A stretch of 36,140 nucleotides of DNA. Origin: Guillardia theta CCMP2712. Lineage: Eukaryota > Protista > Cryptophyta. This document shows positions 24,075-34,821 of the stretch, in pieces. Both the position numbers and the translations under genes were made by a program. Positions within the stretch are counted from its first letter, which is position 1. Each line of letters begins with the position of its first letter. The notes beneath the pieces were generated by a model that made no database searches, was not told the DNA's origin, and saw only the letters and a list, made by a program, of their open reading frames with translations. The DNA lies in contig NW_005434673.1 in NCBI RefSeq assembly GCF_000315625.1, positions 1,387,739 through 1,423,878 of the forward strand. Direction: 5' to 3'.

Positions 24075-26492
24075 ATGACCAAACGCCGACATAGCAGCGA
24101 CAAGGAGGAGTCCACAGTTGGGAGCAAGAGGTTGCAGCTGCGCTCAGACAAGGAGGAGGAGAAGCTTCAAGAGCAGATCAAGAAGGAGAAGCAGGAGCTT
24201 AGAATCAAGGAGGAAAAGCTTCAAGAGCAGATCAAGGAGGAGAAGGATAATCTTCAAGTGAAGGAGGATAAGCTTCAAGAGCAGATCAAGGAGGAGAAGG
24301 AGAAGCTTGGAATCAAGGAGGATAAACTTCAAGAGCAGATGGAGAAACTTCAAAACCAGAAGGAAGAGGCTATGCTAAAATATTATGGGCAGGGGGAAGA
24401 AAACAAGGAGTACTGGAAGGAGGTCCTGAAGTCGCTTGAGGACCAGCAAAAGAGACTAGAAGAGGAGAAGGGAACCCTCAAGGAGGAGAAGGAGAAGCTT
24501 GGAATCAAGGAGGAGAAGGAGAAGCTTGGAATCAAGGAGGAGAAGGAGAAGCTTGGAATCAAGGAGGAGAAGCAGGAGCTTAGAATCAAGGAGGGGAAGC
24601 TTGAAATAAAGGAGGGGAATCTTCAAAACCAGAAGGAAGAGGCTATGCTGAAATATTATGGGCAGGGGGAAGAAAACAAGGAGTACTGGAAGGAGGTCCT
24701 GAAGTCGCTTGAGGACCAGCAAAAGAGACTAAAAGAGGAGAAGGGAGCCCTCAAGGAGGAGAAGGAGAAGCTTAGAATCAAGGAGGAGAAGCTTCAAGAG
24801 CAGATCAAGGAGGAGAAGCAGGAGCTTAGAATCAAGGAGGAGAAGCTTCAAGAGCAGATTAAGGAGGAGAAGGAGAAGCTTAGAATCAAGCGGGAGAAGC
24901 TTGGATTGAAGGAGGAAGACAGCATTTGCTGGACAGAGATAGCTTGGAATTGTGATACAGTTGGGCACAAAGAGGGGGGCAATCTTTTCTGTCTGGGTGG
25001 ATCCTTTGTGGATCAGTTCAGCTCCGGGCAAGCAAAACAGGAGGTGCTCTACTGCAGGGAATGCTTCAATGAGCAGTGGCGTTTCATCGAGGAGAAGGTG
25101 TGCAAGGCCGGTTGTTTGGGTTGGATCCTGGGCCCTCCAGGAACGGGGAAGACGATGACAACCATGTCCTTCCTCCTATCGCTGAGCAAGGACAAGAAAT
25201 GGGGAGTGATGTGCGTACGGGTGTGGAAGTGGGGTCCAGTCAAAGTCCTACAAGTCGATCAAGGAGTGTTGAGAGTTGTTGAGATGACACGCAATGAGAT
25301 TGACAAGGGGCTGAGGAGGATTCTTCGGGAATGGACACAGAGCGACAAGAAGTATCTCGTGTCCTTGGACGGTTATCAACAGGGGTTACATGAGTCTGTG
25401 CTTACTGAATGTGTATTGTGGCTCCACCAGGACCGGGCCAATCGGCGGGTTGTAATCACGACATCGATGACTTCTCGAGCAAAGAAAAAACCTGAGCAAG
25501 ATAGAAATGAGAAAGTAGAGGAGCTGATGGTGTACTCGTGGACACTGGAGGAGTACCTGGAGGCCATTAGGCACGAGTTGTTCTACGTGAGTGTGGCTGG
25601 AGTGATGGGATGGAGCTTGGAATCGGATGTGACAGAAGCAGAGAAAAGGTCCAGCGAGGTGGAGTCGAAGTTTCAGATTGTTGGAGGCTCATGCCGATAT
25701 ATGTTCGAACATACGACAGAGAAAGCAATCAACGATCTTCGTCAAGCGATGGACAGTGTCGCTGATTACAAGAAGCTCATTGACATGAGCATGGGCGATA
25801 CTTCAGACCAGTTTGTCAATCGGCTACAGGGGAAGTATCGCATGGGAAGCCAAGTGTACTGGACGCCTGTGAGCAGGTTTGTTGCCACGGAGCTAGCACA
25901 GAGGCTTGGAGAATCTTTTGTGAGGGAGATTGAGGAGCTCTCTGGCATTGCTGCGAATCCGACACTTAAGGGTGTGTTGTTTGAGATGCTGTTCTTTGCT
26001 CGGATAGGACGAGAGCCAGGGCTGCAGGTATTGCTCAGGTCAGGGAGGGAGTCAGAGCCACCAGGCGTGCCAGAGAAATGGGACCGCTGGGGTTTGTACG
26101 ATGTGAAATATCTGGGCACAAGCGAAATCGACGAGGCTCGGAGGAATGGGATGACGCGGATGTGCCTGAAGCCATTGAAATGGAATCAAGGAGGCTACGA
26201 TGCAGTGATCGTGGACTGGAACAAGACGTCGGTGTGTTTCGTGCAAGTGACCATTGCGGAGACACATGACCTCAAACTGCGATACATGTCTGAGTGCCTG
26301 GATTCTTTGGGCGTTGAGCCAGAGGGGAACTGGGAGGTGAGGATTGTGTTTATCGTTAAGAAGGAGAACCTCTACAACTTCGCAGTGAGACATGTGGAAA
26401 ACAAAGACATACTTACAAAGTACGGGTGGGCATACAGCCAGGAGGAGATTGATGCTAATGTTGTCGGGATGGACTCAGGACCGCGAAGGTAG
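24075..26492 (+). CDS. Intronless 805-aa Crinkler/RHS (CR)-type protein: coiled-coil header, P-loop NTPase, restriction-endonuclease-fold domain (copy B)
   Basis: Walker A GPPGTGKT, Walker B YLVSLDG, sensor-like VVITTS, VGGSCRYMF, then GVLFEMLFF...PLKWNQGGYDAVIV...FVQVT...HDLKL (E...D...QxT nuclease pattern typical of CR-REase domains). Uninterrupted ATG-TAG ORF. Confidence 0.85.
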   Translation: MTKRRHSSDKEESTVGSKRLQLRSDKEEEKLQEQIKKEKQELRIKEEKLQEQIKEEKDNLQVKEDKLQEQIKEEKEKLGIKEDKLQEQMEKLQNQKEEAMLKYYGQGEENKEYWKEVLKSLEDQQKRLEEEKGTLKEEKEKLGIKEEKEKLGIKEEKEKLGIKEEKQELRIKEGKLEIKEGNLQNQKEEAMLKYYGQGEENKEYWKEVLKSLEDQQKRLKEEKGALKEEKEKLRIKEEKLQEQIKEEKQELRIKEEKLQEQIKEEKEKLRIKREKLGLKEEDSICWTEIAWNCDTVGHKEGGNLFCLGGSFVDQFSSGQAKQEVLYCRECFNEQWRFIEEKVCKAGCLGWILGPPGTGKTMTTMSFLLSLSKDKKWGVMCVRVWKWGPVKVLQVDQGVLRVVEMTRNEIDKGLRRILREWTQSDKKYLVSLDGYQQGLHESVLTECVLWLHQDRANRRVVITTSMTSRAKKKPEQDRNEKVEELMVYSWTLEEYLEAIRHELFYVSVAGVMGWSLESDVTEAEKRSSEVESKFQIVGGSCRYMFEHTTEKAINDLRQAMDSVADYKKLIDMSMGDTSDQFVNRLQGKYRMGSQVYWTPVSRFVATELAQRLGESFVREIEELSGIAANPTLKGVLFEMLFFARIGREPGLQVLLRSGRESEPPGVPEKWDRWGLYDVKYLGTSEIDEARRNGMTRMCLKPLKWNQGGYDAVIVDWNKTSVCFVQVTIAETHDLKLRYMSECLDSLGVEPEGNWEVRIVFIVKKENLYNFAVRHVENKDILTKYGWAYSQEEIDANVVGMDSGPRR
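24150..24915 (+). repeat. Coding minisatellite mosaic: 27-bp (EEKEKLGIK), 54-bp (EEKLQEQIKEEKQELRIK) and two longer LQNQKEEAMLKYYGQGEENKEYWK modules
   Basis: Visible in both DNA and translation. Confidence 0.9.
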
Positions 26493-26787
26493 ATCCGCGA
26501 GATCGAGAGCGAAGGAGGTGGGAGTCCGCGGACTCCTCGCCCGGCCTGTTGCGGTGCGACTTGATCATATTATAGAGCATCTGTTCTCCTCCAGCTGGAG
26601 CAATAACTGCTGCTCTGCTCGAAGAGAGAAGGAGAGGGAAGAGACATGTTACAAAGAGCTCCAATGTGGACATTCCTAGGGCGGTCCAACGAGAACGCCG
26701 TGATGATTGAGGAAGGATGTCCCATTGCGAATTAGCTCGGGAATCCCTTGAGCTCGAAGGAGCGCTGACGCTGCTTTGCCACGCAGC

Positions 26788-27085
26788 ATGGCAGAGATCG
26801 AAGATGCGGACAAGGTTATCTGTGCGATGAGGTCCTCGGTGCCAGTGGACCTTGAGGAGGAAGACCTACTACTGGTGCACCTGCGGGCGTTCCAAAAAGC
26901 AGCCGTTCTGCGATGGCTCTCACCAAGGGACTGCGTTCAAGCCCATGTCCTACACTGCAACGGCAACTGAGCAGCGAAAGCTGTGCCAGTGCAAGCAGAC
27001 GGCCAACGCTCCCTTCTGTGACGGCAGGCACAAGAAGCTGCCAGAGGATGCGGCCGGCAAGGCCTTGCCCCGAACTCGGGCCTAA
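26788..27085 (+). pseudogene. Double CDGSH iron-sulfur domain gene (CISD3/MiNT-like), frameshifted
   Basis: KTYYWCTCGRSKKQPFCDGSH and LCQCKQTANAPFCDGRH. The upstream MAEIEDADKVICAMRSSVPVDLEE is in a different frame, with the shift at about 26851-26861. A CTGAC...CAG acceptor precedes the ATG. Confidence 0.8.
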
Positions 27086-27129
27086 AGGTAGAGGAGGAGG
27101 AGCAGGAGCGTGTTGTTCTTTTCGATTAT

Positions 27130-29860
27130 TCAAGTCGATTTGGAGAAAATTTCTTGCTCGGACTCTTTCACGTGGATGCTATAGCTATGATCCTTCTGCT
27201 GCTGCTGCTGCTGCTGCTGCGTCCTCCTCTCCACAATCACCTGCTAGGCGTCAGCTGCACTTGCCGCCCCTCGTTGGCTCACCTTGTTGCTTGACGCGTC
27301 CCACCACCTCGTCGACTGCACTGTGAGCTGAACCTACCGATGCATGTGAGGAAGAAGGATGGGAAAAGAATTAAGCAGAGAAAGAGGAAGGAGAGGGGAG
27401 GAACGAAACAAAGNNNNNNNNNNNNNNNNNNNNNNNNNNNNNNNNNNNNNNNNNNNNNNNNNNNNNNNNNNNNNNNNNNNNNNNNNNNNNNNNNNNNNNN
27501 NNNNNNNNNNNNNNNNNNNNNNNNNNNNNNTGACGAGTAGGCGGAGTTCCTGCAAGAGAAATGAGTGGAAGAGAGCGAAAAAGAGAAGAGGAGAAGGAGA
27601 GGGAGAAGGGGCTACACACCTCGACAGCAAGCGCCTCAACGGGGATGTCGTTGACTGCGATGATCTAGAGCACAAGAGGTGAGAGATGCGAGAGGACAGC
27701 AGCAGCNNNNNNNNNNNNNNNNNNNNNNNNNNNNNNNNNNNNNNNNNNNNNNNNNNNNNNNNNNNNNNNNNNNNNNNNNNNNNNNNNNNNNNNNNNNNNN
27801 NNNNNNAATATGATCAGGTAGGATGCTAATAGAGGAGCGAGGAGAGAAAACGAGGAAGAGAAATGAGCAGGCAGGAGGAAAGGTCGGAGAAGACCTCGTG
27901 ATGGTGTAAGGCCAGATGGAGGAGATGCCGATGCCAACGCCGCACCAGGTCTCGCGTCCTTCGACCTGATCCGGATTTTGCTGGAGAGGAGGATGAGCAT
28001 TAGGAGCAAGAGGAGCAGGAGGAGCAGGGAAGGGGCAGGAGAGCAGGAGGAGCAGGAGGAGCAGGCCGGAGGAGAAGGAGCAGGCCGGAGGAGGAGGAGA
28101 TTGGAAGGAGGAGGAGTGCCTCGTGTCGCTGTGAAGAAGCACAAGGAGGAGCAAGGGCAGAGGGGAGGGACATGAAGAACGGCAGCAGAAGCAGGGAGGA
28201 CAGAAGCATCGCGGAGAACGGAAGAGGGAGAAGGAAGGATGAAGGAGGAGGAAGAAGAGAGAGAGGAAGAGGAAGAAGAGGAAGAAGAGGAAGGGATTTA
28301 TTTCTACCTGCAACTTGACAAGTTCTTGGACCAGAAACTCGCACTGTTCGCTTGAGGGGTCAGCCTTGCGACCGTTGACAAGCTCCATGACTGCAATGAG
28401 AGAAAAGAAGAGAAAAGAAGAGGAGAGGAGAGGAGAGGAGAGGAGAGTAGAGGAGGAGGTAGGAAAAAGACGGAAAAAGGGGAAGAAGGGAAGAGGAGGG
28501 AAAGGAAAGTTGTGGAGTCAAAGGTTCAGACATTCATCGCATGGACATCGATCATCTGATCGATGGAGACGCGATATAGAAGGAGAGGAGAAGGAGCAGC
28601 ATCAGCTGAAGGAGGAGGAGGAGGAGGAGGAGCAGCAGCAGCAGCTGAGGAAGCAGAAAGAAGAAATGGAAAGGAAATCAGAAGAGGGAGGGACAAGTGG
28701 GGATGACACTAGAGGAGGAGAGAAGGGGGGTAGTACTAGAGGAGAGGAGGGGGGTAGTACTGTTCATTTTCTCTGCTCTATAGCGACCACCTGGTGTAAC
28801 TTCCACTCCTACTCGCTCTTCCTCATTCTTCCTCCTCCTCCTCTTCCTTATTTCCGTCTCCTCCTCCTCCTCCTCCTCCTCCTCATTATCATCATCATCA
28901 TCAGCAGCAGCAGCAGCAGCAGGAGCCCCATTTATTCATCCCCGTATTCATACTCATATTCCTGTACCTCCCTACTCCCCTCAGCATCCTCCTCCCTTAT
29001 CCCCTCCTCCTCACCTTGTTTGAGAGCAGGTTGATCCACGGCTTGTCGGAGAGGATGGACTGCCGCGCAAGTCAGAGGAAGACTCAGCTGAGCAGTAGCT
29101 CACCTTTCTGCTGGGAACGTTCGTGCTGGGACCCTCCTGACCACATGGTGAGTGACAAGCGAGTAGAGGAGGACGCTAGAAGAGAAAGAAGAGAGAGGAA
29201 AGGGAGGCGAGGATGAAGCGAGCGGAGGAGAGAGAGGGGGGAGGGGGGCGAGAGAGAGGAGCAGCTGCAAAGAATGAAGGGGAGGACGAGGAGCTGGAGC
29301 GAGCGTACCATGGACTTTCTCAGAGTTCCAGAGCTCTTCTTGTTTGACTTTCTCAGTTAAGCTTTGTCTCAAGCGGCTGCCAGTCAAATCAGCGCAGAAG
29401 GAGAGCACCAGCGCCAGCACTAGGACTAGGACTAGGACTAGGAGAAGGAGCAGGAGCAGGAGCAGGAGCAGGATGGCACGTCGTTGACACTGACGATCTG
29501 ATCGCCGGGCTGGACGGGAGAATCTCCGCCCTAAGAGAGCAGGGGGAAGGATGAGAACACGAGAGACGAGGAGAGAAGAAACGAGCGAGAAGACTGTCCT
29601 CACCTCTATCCCGAGCTTTTGGATGATGTAAGGATGGACGCTGGTGATGACAATCCCTGCGGGCAGATGAGGATGAGGAGACGCTGGTGATGACAATCCC
29701 TGCGGGCAGATGAGGATGAGGACGAGGATGAGGATGAGGATGATGATGAGGAGGAGGAGCAGAGACAGTCGTAGGGGGAGCGGGAGAAGGCGAGAGCAGA
29801 AGAAAGCAGAAGATAAGCAGAGGTTGGGAGAAGGGGGGCAAGACGAGAAACGTGTATGAT

Positions 29861-29941
<81 letters not shown>

Positions 29942-30236
29942 TCGAGGAAGGGAGTCACCGAGTCCTCGCCAGTCCGTCTTATGTCGCTCAGATGCGTCCA
30001 TCTCCATCTCGTGAGTCTGCCGTTCAGCTTAGCTCCTGCTCCTCCATCTCTCCTCCCTCCTCCTCCCCTTCCTCCCCTTCCTCCCTGCCTCCTCTCCCTC
30101 CCTGCCTCCCTGCCTCCCTCCCTGCTCTTCTTCATTCTCACACTCTCCTGCTTCGCTCTATTTCTCCTTGAATTCCCCACCCCTCCTCTTCCCCTCTTCC
30201 TCTTCCCACCTTCCCTGCGTCCTGCACGACTGGATG
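27130..30236 (-). pseudogene. Two-PDZ-domain gene, decayed and 5'-truncated at the transposase remnant (copy B)
   Basis: Spliced exons give PDZ1 as DWRGL|GIVITSVHPYIIQKLGIE|GGDSPVQPGDQIVSVNDVP (exons 29959-30016, 29604-29656, about 29473-29530) and PDZ2 as WCGVGIGISSIWPYTITR...IIAVNDIPVEALAVE|ELRLLV(KGPASSL)|VQLTVQ. The last exon ends EQEIFSKST*. Exons are missing and there are indels. Confidence 0.7.
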
Positions 30237-30239
30237 GTT

Positions 30240-30983
30240 GATTGGTACTTGGTTGATTACTTGGAAATGGTAGATCAACAGAAGAAACCGATCCCCATTT
30301 GAAAGTTCGGTATCGAAGGAAGGGTCAGCCAGGAACAGGGAAGAAAAACAAGATTATCAACTCCAGAACGGCCATGATCAAGTCATATTTCAACGGAGCA
30401 TCTGTGATCGATGTGCACAATCACCTTAGACAGAGTGGACTGGGACTAGAAGAAAAAGTTCCAACTCATGACTGGAGATTCAGAATGCTCTGTACGATAC
30501 TTGGGTTCATTGAAGTGGATGCAGACAAGATTTTCCGTGTTGGAANNNNNNNNNNNNNNNNNNNNNNNNNNNNNNNNNNNNNNNNNNNNNNNNNNNNNNN
30601 NNNNNNNNNNNNNNNNNNNNNNNNNNNNNNNNNNNNNNNNNNNNNATGAGAAATTCGTACGAAGGTTCCTCCAGAGTCTTAAATCCCAAGAAGAGGAGGA
30701 CAGGATAGCACAGATACCAGCGTGGATGATGACAGTCATGAAGCAGAAGCGCGGTTGGATCATGCTTGTTGACGACCACGCTCGATTTTTCATCCAACAA
30801 AGTACACAAGGGGTGAATGCACAGCGGTCGAAAAGAGTGAGATGCAGGATCTGTAGAAGTGGCAATGGAAAGGGTTTGTACACTACCTTCTGTTGTTCAC
30901 TTTGTAGCAAGAATGATCCTATTAAGAGACCATTTGGTATCTGCGGACCAGCGTGTCGATGAAATTGCTTACAGGAGCACTAA
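30240..30983 (+). mobile_element. piggyBac-like transposase 3' remnant (copy C)
   Basis: YFNGASVIDVHNHLRQ, EKFVRRFLQSLKS and the Cys-rich tail; ends NCLQEH* after a frameshift. Contains a 100-N gap. Confidence 0.75.
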
Positions 30984-31567
30984 GATCATCATGGGTGAAA
31001 TCGTATAAGATGATGTTGCTAATAAATAAATCCTTTTCAGGTACATTTGTACAAGATCAACATTGCTTCAGAAGTGAGTCAGCACACCAAAATCATCCGG
31101 CATGGTACTTCCAAATGCAAATCTGCAGCAGTTGGCGACTCAAAAAATGGTGAAAACAGAATGTTGTACCACACACAATCAAGATATCATTCACTTAAGA
31201 TTAGAATATCAAATGTAGTTCTGAATACGTGTACATATTCTGCAGGCTCACAACGTGCTGCTACTGTGAAATTGGATGCTCTCCTCCCCACCATGTACGC
31301 GCCACCATTGCGATCGTTGCAAACCCCCACCTACTCCGAAATGACCCCCACCCATCATATATCCGGATTAGACTAGTCCATTAACCCCGTACTATGTGTG
31401 AATCGATTACCCCCACCCAGTCATGGAGCACTTGCCGCTCTGATACTGTCTACGATTGGAATCAGGAGAACATTTCATCTCTCAGTTTCAAATCTGCCCC
31501 TACAATATGAACCCCTCCCCGACGATTCTGAGGAGCTCTTTCGGAATTTCGCTAGCACAGCGCCGCT

Positions 31568-34183
31568 ATGACCAAACGCCGACATAGCAGCGACAAGGAG
31601 GAGTCCACAGTTGGGAGCAAGAGGTTGCAGCAGGCCAAGGGACTGCGCTCAGACAACAAGGAGGAGAAGCTTCAAGAGCAGATCAAGGAGGAGAAGCAGG
31701 AGCTCAGAATCAAGGAGGATAATCTCCAAGTGAAGGAGGATAAACTTCAAGAGCAGATCAAGGAGGAGAAGAAGGAGCTCAGAATCAAGGAGGAGAAACT
31801 TCAAAAGCAGATCGAGGAGGAGAAGGAGAAGCTCAGAATCAAAGAGGAGAAGCTTCAAAAGCAGATCGAGGAGGAGAAGCAGGAGCTCAGAATCAAGGAG
31901 GAGAAGCTTGGATTGAAGGAGCAGAATCTTCAAAACCAGAAGGAAGAGGCTATGCTGAAATATTATGGGCAAGGGGAAGAAAACAAGGAGTACTGGAAGG
32001 TTGTCCTGAAGTCGCTTGAGGACCAGCAAAACAGACTAGAAGAGGAGAAGGGAACCCTCAAGAAGGAGAAGGAGAAGTTTGAATTGAAGGAGGAGAAGCA
32101 GGAGCTTGGAATCAAGGAGGAGAAGCAGGAGCTTGGAATCAAGGAGGAGAAGGAGAAGCTTGGAATCAAGGAGGAGAAGGAGAAGCTCAGAATCAAGGAG
32201 GAGAAGGAGAAGCTCAGAATCAAGGAGGAGAAGCTTGAATTGAAGGAGCAGAAACGTCAAAACCAGAAGGAAGAGGCTATGCTGAAATATTATGGGCAAG
32301 GGGAAGAAAACAAGGAGTACTGGAAGGTTGTCCTGAAGTCGCTTGAGGACCAGCAAAACAGACTAGAAGAGGAGAAGGGAACCCTCAAGAAGGAGAAGGA
32401 GAAGCTTGAATTGAAGGAGGAGAGGCTTCAAGAGCAGATCAAGGAGGAGAAGCAGGAGCTTAGAATCAAGGAGGAGAAGCTTCAAGAGCAGATCAAGGAG
32501 GAGAAGCAGGAGCTCAGAATCAAGGAGGAGATGCTTCAAGAGCAGATCGAGGAGGAGAAGGAGAAGCTTGGAATCAAGAGGGAGAAGCTTGAATTGAAGG
32601 AGGAAGACAGCATTTGCTGGACAGAGATAGCTTGGAATTGTGATACAGTTGGGCACAAAGAGGGGGGCAATCTTTTCTGTCTCGGTGGATCCTTTGTGGA
32701 TCAGTTCAGCTCCGGGCAAGCAAAACAGGAGGTGCTCTACTGCAGGGAATGCTTCAATGAGCAGTGGCGTTTCATCGAGGAGAAGGTGTGCAAGGCCGGG
32801 TGTTTGGGTTGGATCCTGGGCCCTCCAGGAACGGGGAAGACGATGACAACCATGTCCTTCCTCCTATCGCTGAGCAAGGACAAGAAATGGGGAGTGATGT
32901 GCGTACGGGTGTGGAAGTGGGGTCCAGTCAAAGTCCTACAAGTCGATCAAGGAGTGTTGAGAGTTGTTGAGATGACACGCAATGAGATTGACAAGGGGCT
33001 GAGGAGGATTCTTCGGGAATGGACACAGAGCGACAAGAAGTATCTCGTGTCCCTGGACGGTTATCAACAGGGGTCACATGAGTCTGTGCTTACTGAATGT
33101 GTATTGTGGCTCCACCAGGACCGGGCCAATCGGCGGGTTGTAATCACGACATCGATGAATTCTCGAGCAAAGAAAAAACCTGAGCAAGATAGAAATGAGA
33201 AAGTAGAGGAGCTGATGGTGTACTCGTGGACACTGGAGGAGTACCTGGAGGCCATTAGGCACGAGTTGTTCTACGTGAGTGTGGCTGGAGTGATGGAATG
33301 GAGCTTGGAATCGAATGTGACAGAAGCAGAGAAAAGGTCTAGAGAGGTGGAGTCGAAGTTTCAGATTGTTGGAGGCTCATGCCGATATATGTTCGAACAT
33401 ACGACAGAGAAAGCAATCAACGATCTTCGTCAAGCGATGGACAGTGTCGCTGATTACAAGAAGCTCATTGACATGAGCATGGGCGATACTTCAGACCAGT
33501 TTGTCAATCGGCTACAGGGGAAGTATCGCATGGGAAGCCAAGTGTACTGGACGCCTGTGAGCAGGTTTGTTGCCACGGAGCTAGCACAGAGGCTTGGAGA
33601 ATCTTTTGTGAGGGAGATTGAGGAGCTCTCTGGCATTGCTGCGAATCCGACACTTAAGGGTGTGTTGTTTGAGATGCTGTTCTTTGCTCGGATAGGACGA
33701 GAGCCAGGGCTGCAGGTATTGCTCAGGTCAGGGAGGGAGTCAGAGCCACCAGGCGTGCCAGAGAAATGGGACCGCTGGGAATTGTACGCTGTGAAAGATC
33801 TGGACACAAGCGAAATCGACGAGGCTCGGAGGAATGGGATGACGCGGATGTGCCTGAAGCCATTGAAATGGAATCAAGGAGGCTACGATGCAGTGATCGT
33901 GGACTGGAACAAGACGTCGGTGTGTTTCGTGCAAGTGACCATTGCGGAGACACATGACCTCAAACTGCGATACATGTCTGAGTGCCTGGATTCTTTGGGC
34001 GTTGAGCCAGAGGGGAACTGGGAGGTGAGGATTGTGTTTATCGTTAAGAAGGAGAACCTCTACAAGTTCGCAGTGAGACATGTGGAAAACAAAGACATAC
34101 TTTTAAGAAAGTACGGGTGGGCATACAGCCAGGAGGAGATTGATGCTAATGTTGTCGGGATGGACTCAGGACCGCGAAGGTAG
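31568..34183 (+). CDS. Intronless 871-aa CR-type coiled-coil/NTPase/REase protein (copy C)
   Basis: Same catalytic motifs as copy B, intact ORF, longer coiled-coil header. Confidence 0.85.
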   Translation: MTKRRHSSDKEESTVGSKRLQQAKGLRSDNKEEKLQEQIKEEKQELRIKEDNLQVKEDKLQEQIKEEKKELRIKEEKLQKQIEEEKEKLRIKEEKLQKQIEEEKQELRIKEEKLGLKEQNLQNQKEEAMLKYYGQGEENKEYWKVVLKSLEDQQNRLEEEKGTLKKEKEKFELKEEKQELGIKEEKQELGIKEEKEKLGIKEEKEKLRIKEEKEKLRIKEEKLELKEQKRQNQKEEAMLKYYGQGEENKEYWKVVLKSLEDQQNRLEEEKGTLKKEKEKLELKEERLQEQIKEEKQELRIKEEKLQEQIKEEKQELRIKEEMLQEQIEEEKEKLGIKREKLELKEEDSICWTEIAWNCDTVGHKEGGNLFCLGGSFVDQFSSGQAKQEVLYCRECFNEQWRFIEEKVCKAGCLGWILGPPGTGKTMTTMSFLLSLSKDKKWGVMCVRVWKWGPVKVLQVDQGVLRVVEMTRNEIDKGLRRILREWTQSDKKYLVSLDGYQQGSHESVLTECVLWLHQDRANRRVVITTSMNSRAKKKPEQDRNEKVEELMVYSWTLEEYLEAIRHELFYVSVAGVMEWSLESNVTEAEKRSREVESKFQIVGGSCRYMFEHTTEKAINDLRQAMDSVADYKKLIDMSMGDTSDQFVNRLQGKYRMGSQVYWTPVSRFVATELAQRLGESFVREIEELSGIAANPTLKGVLFEMLFFARIGREPGLQVLLRSGRESEPPGVPEKWDRWELYAVKDLDTSEIDEARRNGMTRMCLKPLKWNQGGYDAVIVDWNKTSVCFVQVTIAETHDLKLRYMSECLDSLGVEPEGNWEVRIVFIVKKENLYKFAVRHVENKDILLRKYGWAYSQEEIDANVVGMDSGPRR

Positions 34184-34477
34184 ATCCGCGAGATCGAGAG
34201 CGAAGGAGGTGGGAGTCCGCGGACTCTCGCCCGGCCTGTTGCGGTGCGACTTGATCATATTATAGAGCATCTGTTCTCCTCCAGCTGGAGCAATAACTGC
34301 TGCTCTGCTCGAAGAGAGAAGGAGAGGGAACAGATATGTTACAAAGAGCTCCAATGTGGACATTCCTAGGGCGGTCCAACGAGAACGCCGTGATGATTGA
34401 GGAAGGATGTCCCATTGCGAATTAGCTCGGGAATCCCTTGAGCTCGAAGGAGCGCTGACGCTGGTTTGCCACGCAGC

Positions 34478-34777
34478 ATGGCAGAGATCGAAGATGCGGA
34501 CAAGGTTATCTGTGCGATGAGGTCCTCGGTGCCAGTGGACCTTGAGGAGGAAGACCTACTACTGGTGCACCTGCGGGCGTTCCAAAAAGCAGCCGTTCTG
34601 CGATGGCTCTCTCCAAGGGACTGCGTTCAAGCCCATGTCCTACACTGCAACGGCAACTGAGCAGCGAAAGCTGTGCCAGTGCAAGCAGACGGCCAACGCT
34701 CCCTTCTGTGACGGCAGGCACAAGAAGCTGCCAGAGGATGCGGCCGGCAAGGCCTTGCCCCGAACTCGGTGGCCTAA
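34478..34777 (+). pseudogene. Double CDGSH gene copy 2; same frameshift plus CDGSH>CDGSL
   Basis: WCTCGRSKKQPFCDGSLQ. A 2-nt difference near 34770 takes the TAA out of frame. Confidence 0.8.
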
Positions 34778-34821
34778 AGGTAGAGGAGGAGGAGCAGGAG
34801 CGTGTTGTTCTTTTCGATTAT

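Larger units (their letters stand above)
21060..26623 (+). repeat. Right arm of palindrome 2
   Basis: 21090-21816 is the reverse complement of about 19470-20215. After the gap, about 22810-26623 mirrors 14366-17670. Confidence 0.85.
22870..30236 (+). repeat. Complete ~7.4 kb chimeric tandem unit: transposase remnant, CR gene, CDGSH pseudogene, antisense PDZ pseudogene
   Basis: The same order recurs from 30237. Offsets are 7366 at the transposase ORF, 7493 at the CR ATG and 7690 at the CDGSH ATG; these include estimated N gaps. Confidence 0.9.

Noticed and set aside
24144-25031. Leu-rich antisense ORFs (also 31649-32719)
   Set aside because: Shadow frames of the GAG/AAG-rich coiled-coil repeats.
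24075-27085. CR gene plus CDGSH gene as a prokaryote-style toxin-immunity operon
   Set aside because: The CDGSH gene has a spliceosomal acceptor, is frameshifted in both copies, and is absent next to copies A and 0, so adjacency looks like passive co-duplication.
22870-30236. Unit as an autonomous piggyBac, Helitron or LTR element
   Set aside because: The transposase lacks its N-terminal catalytic part. I saw no paired TIRs or TSD, no Rep/helicase, and no RT or LTRs.
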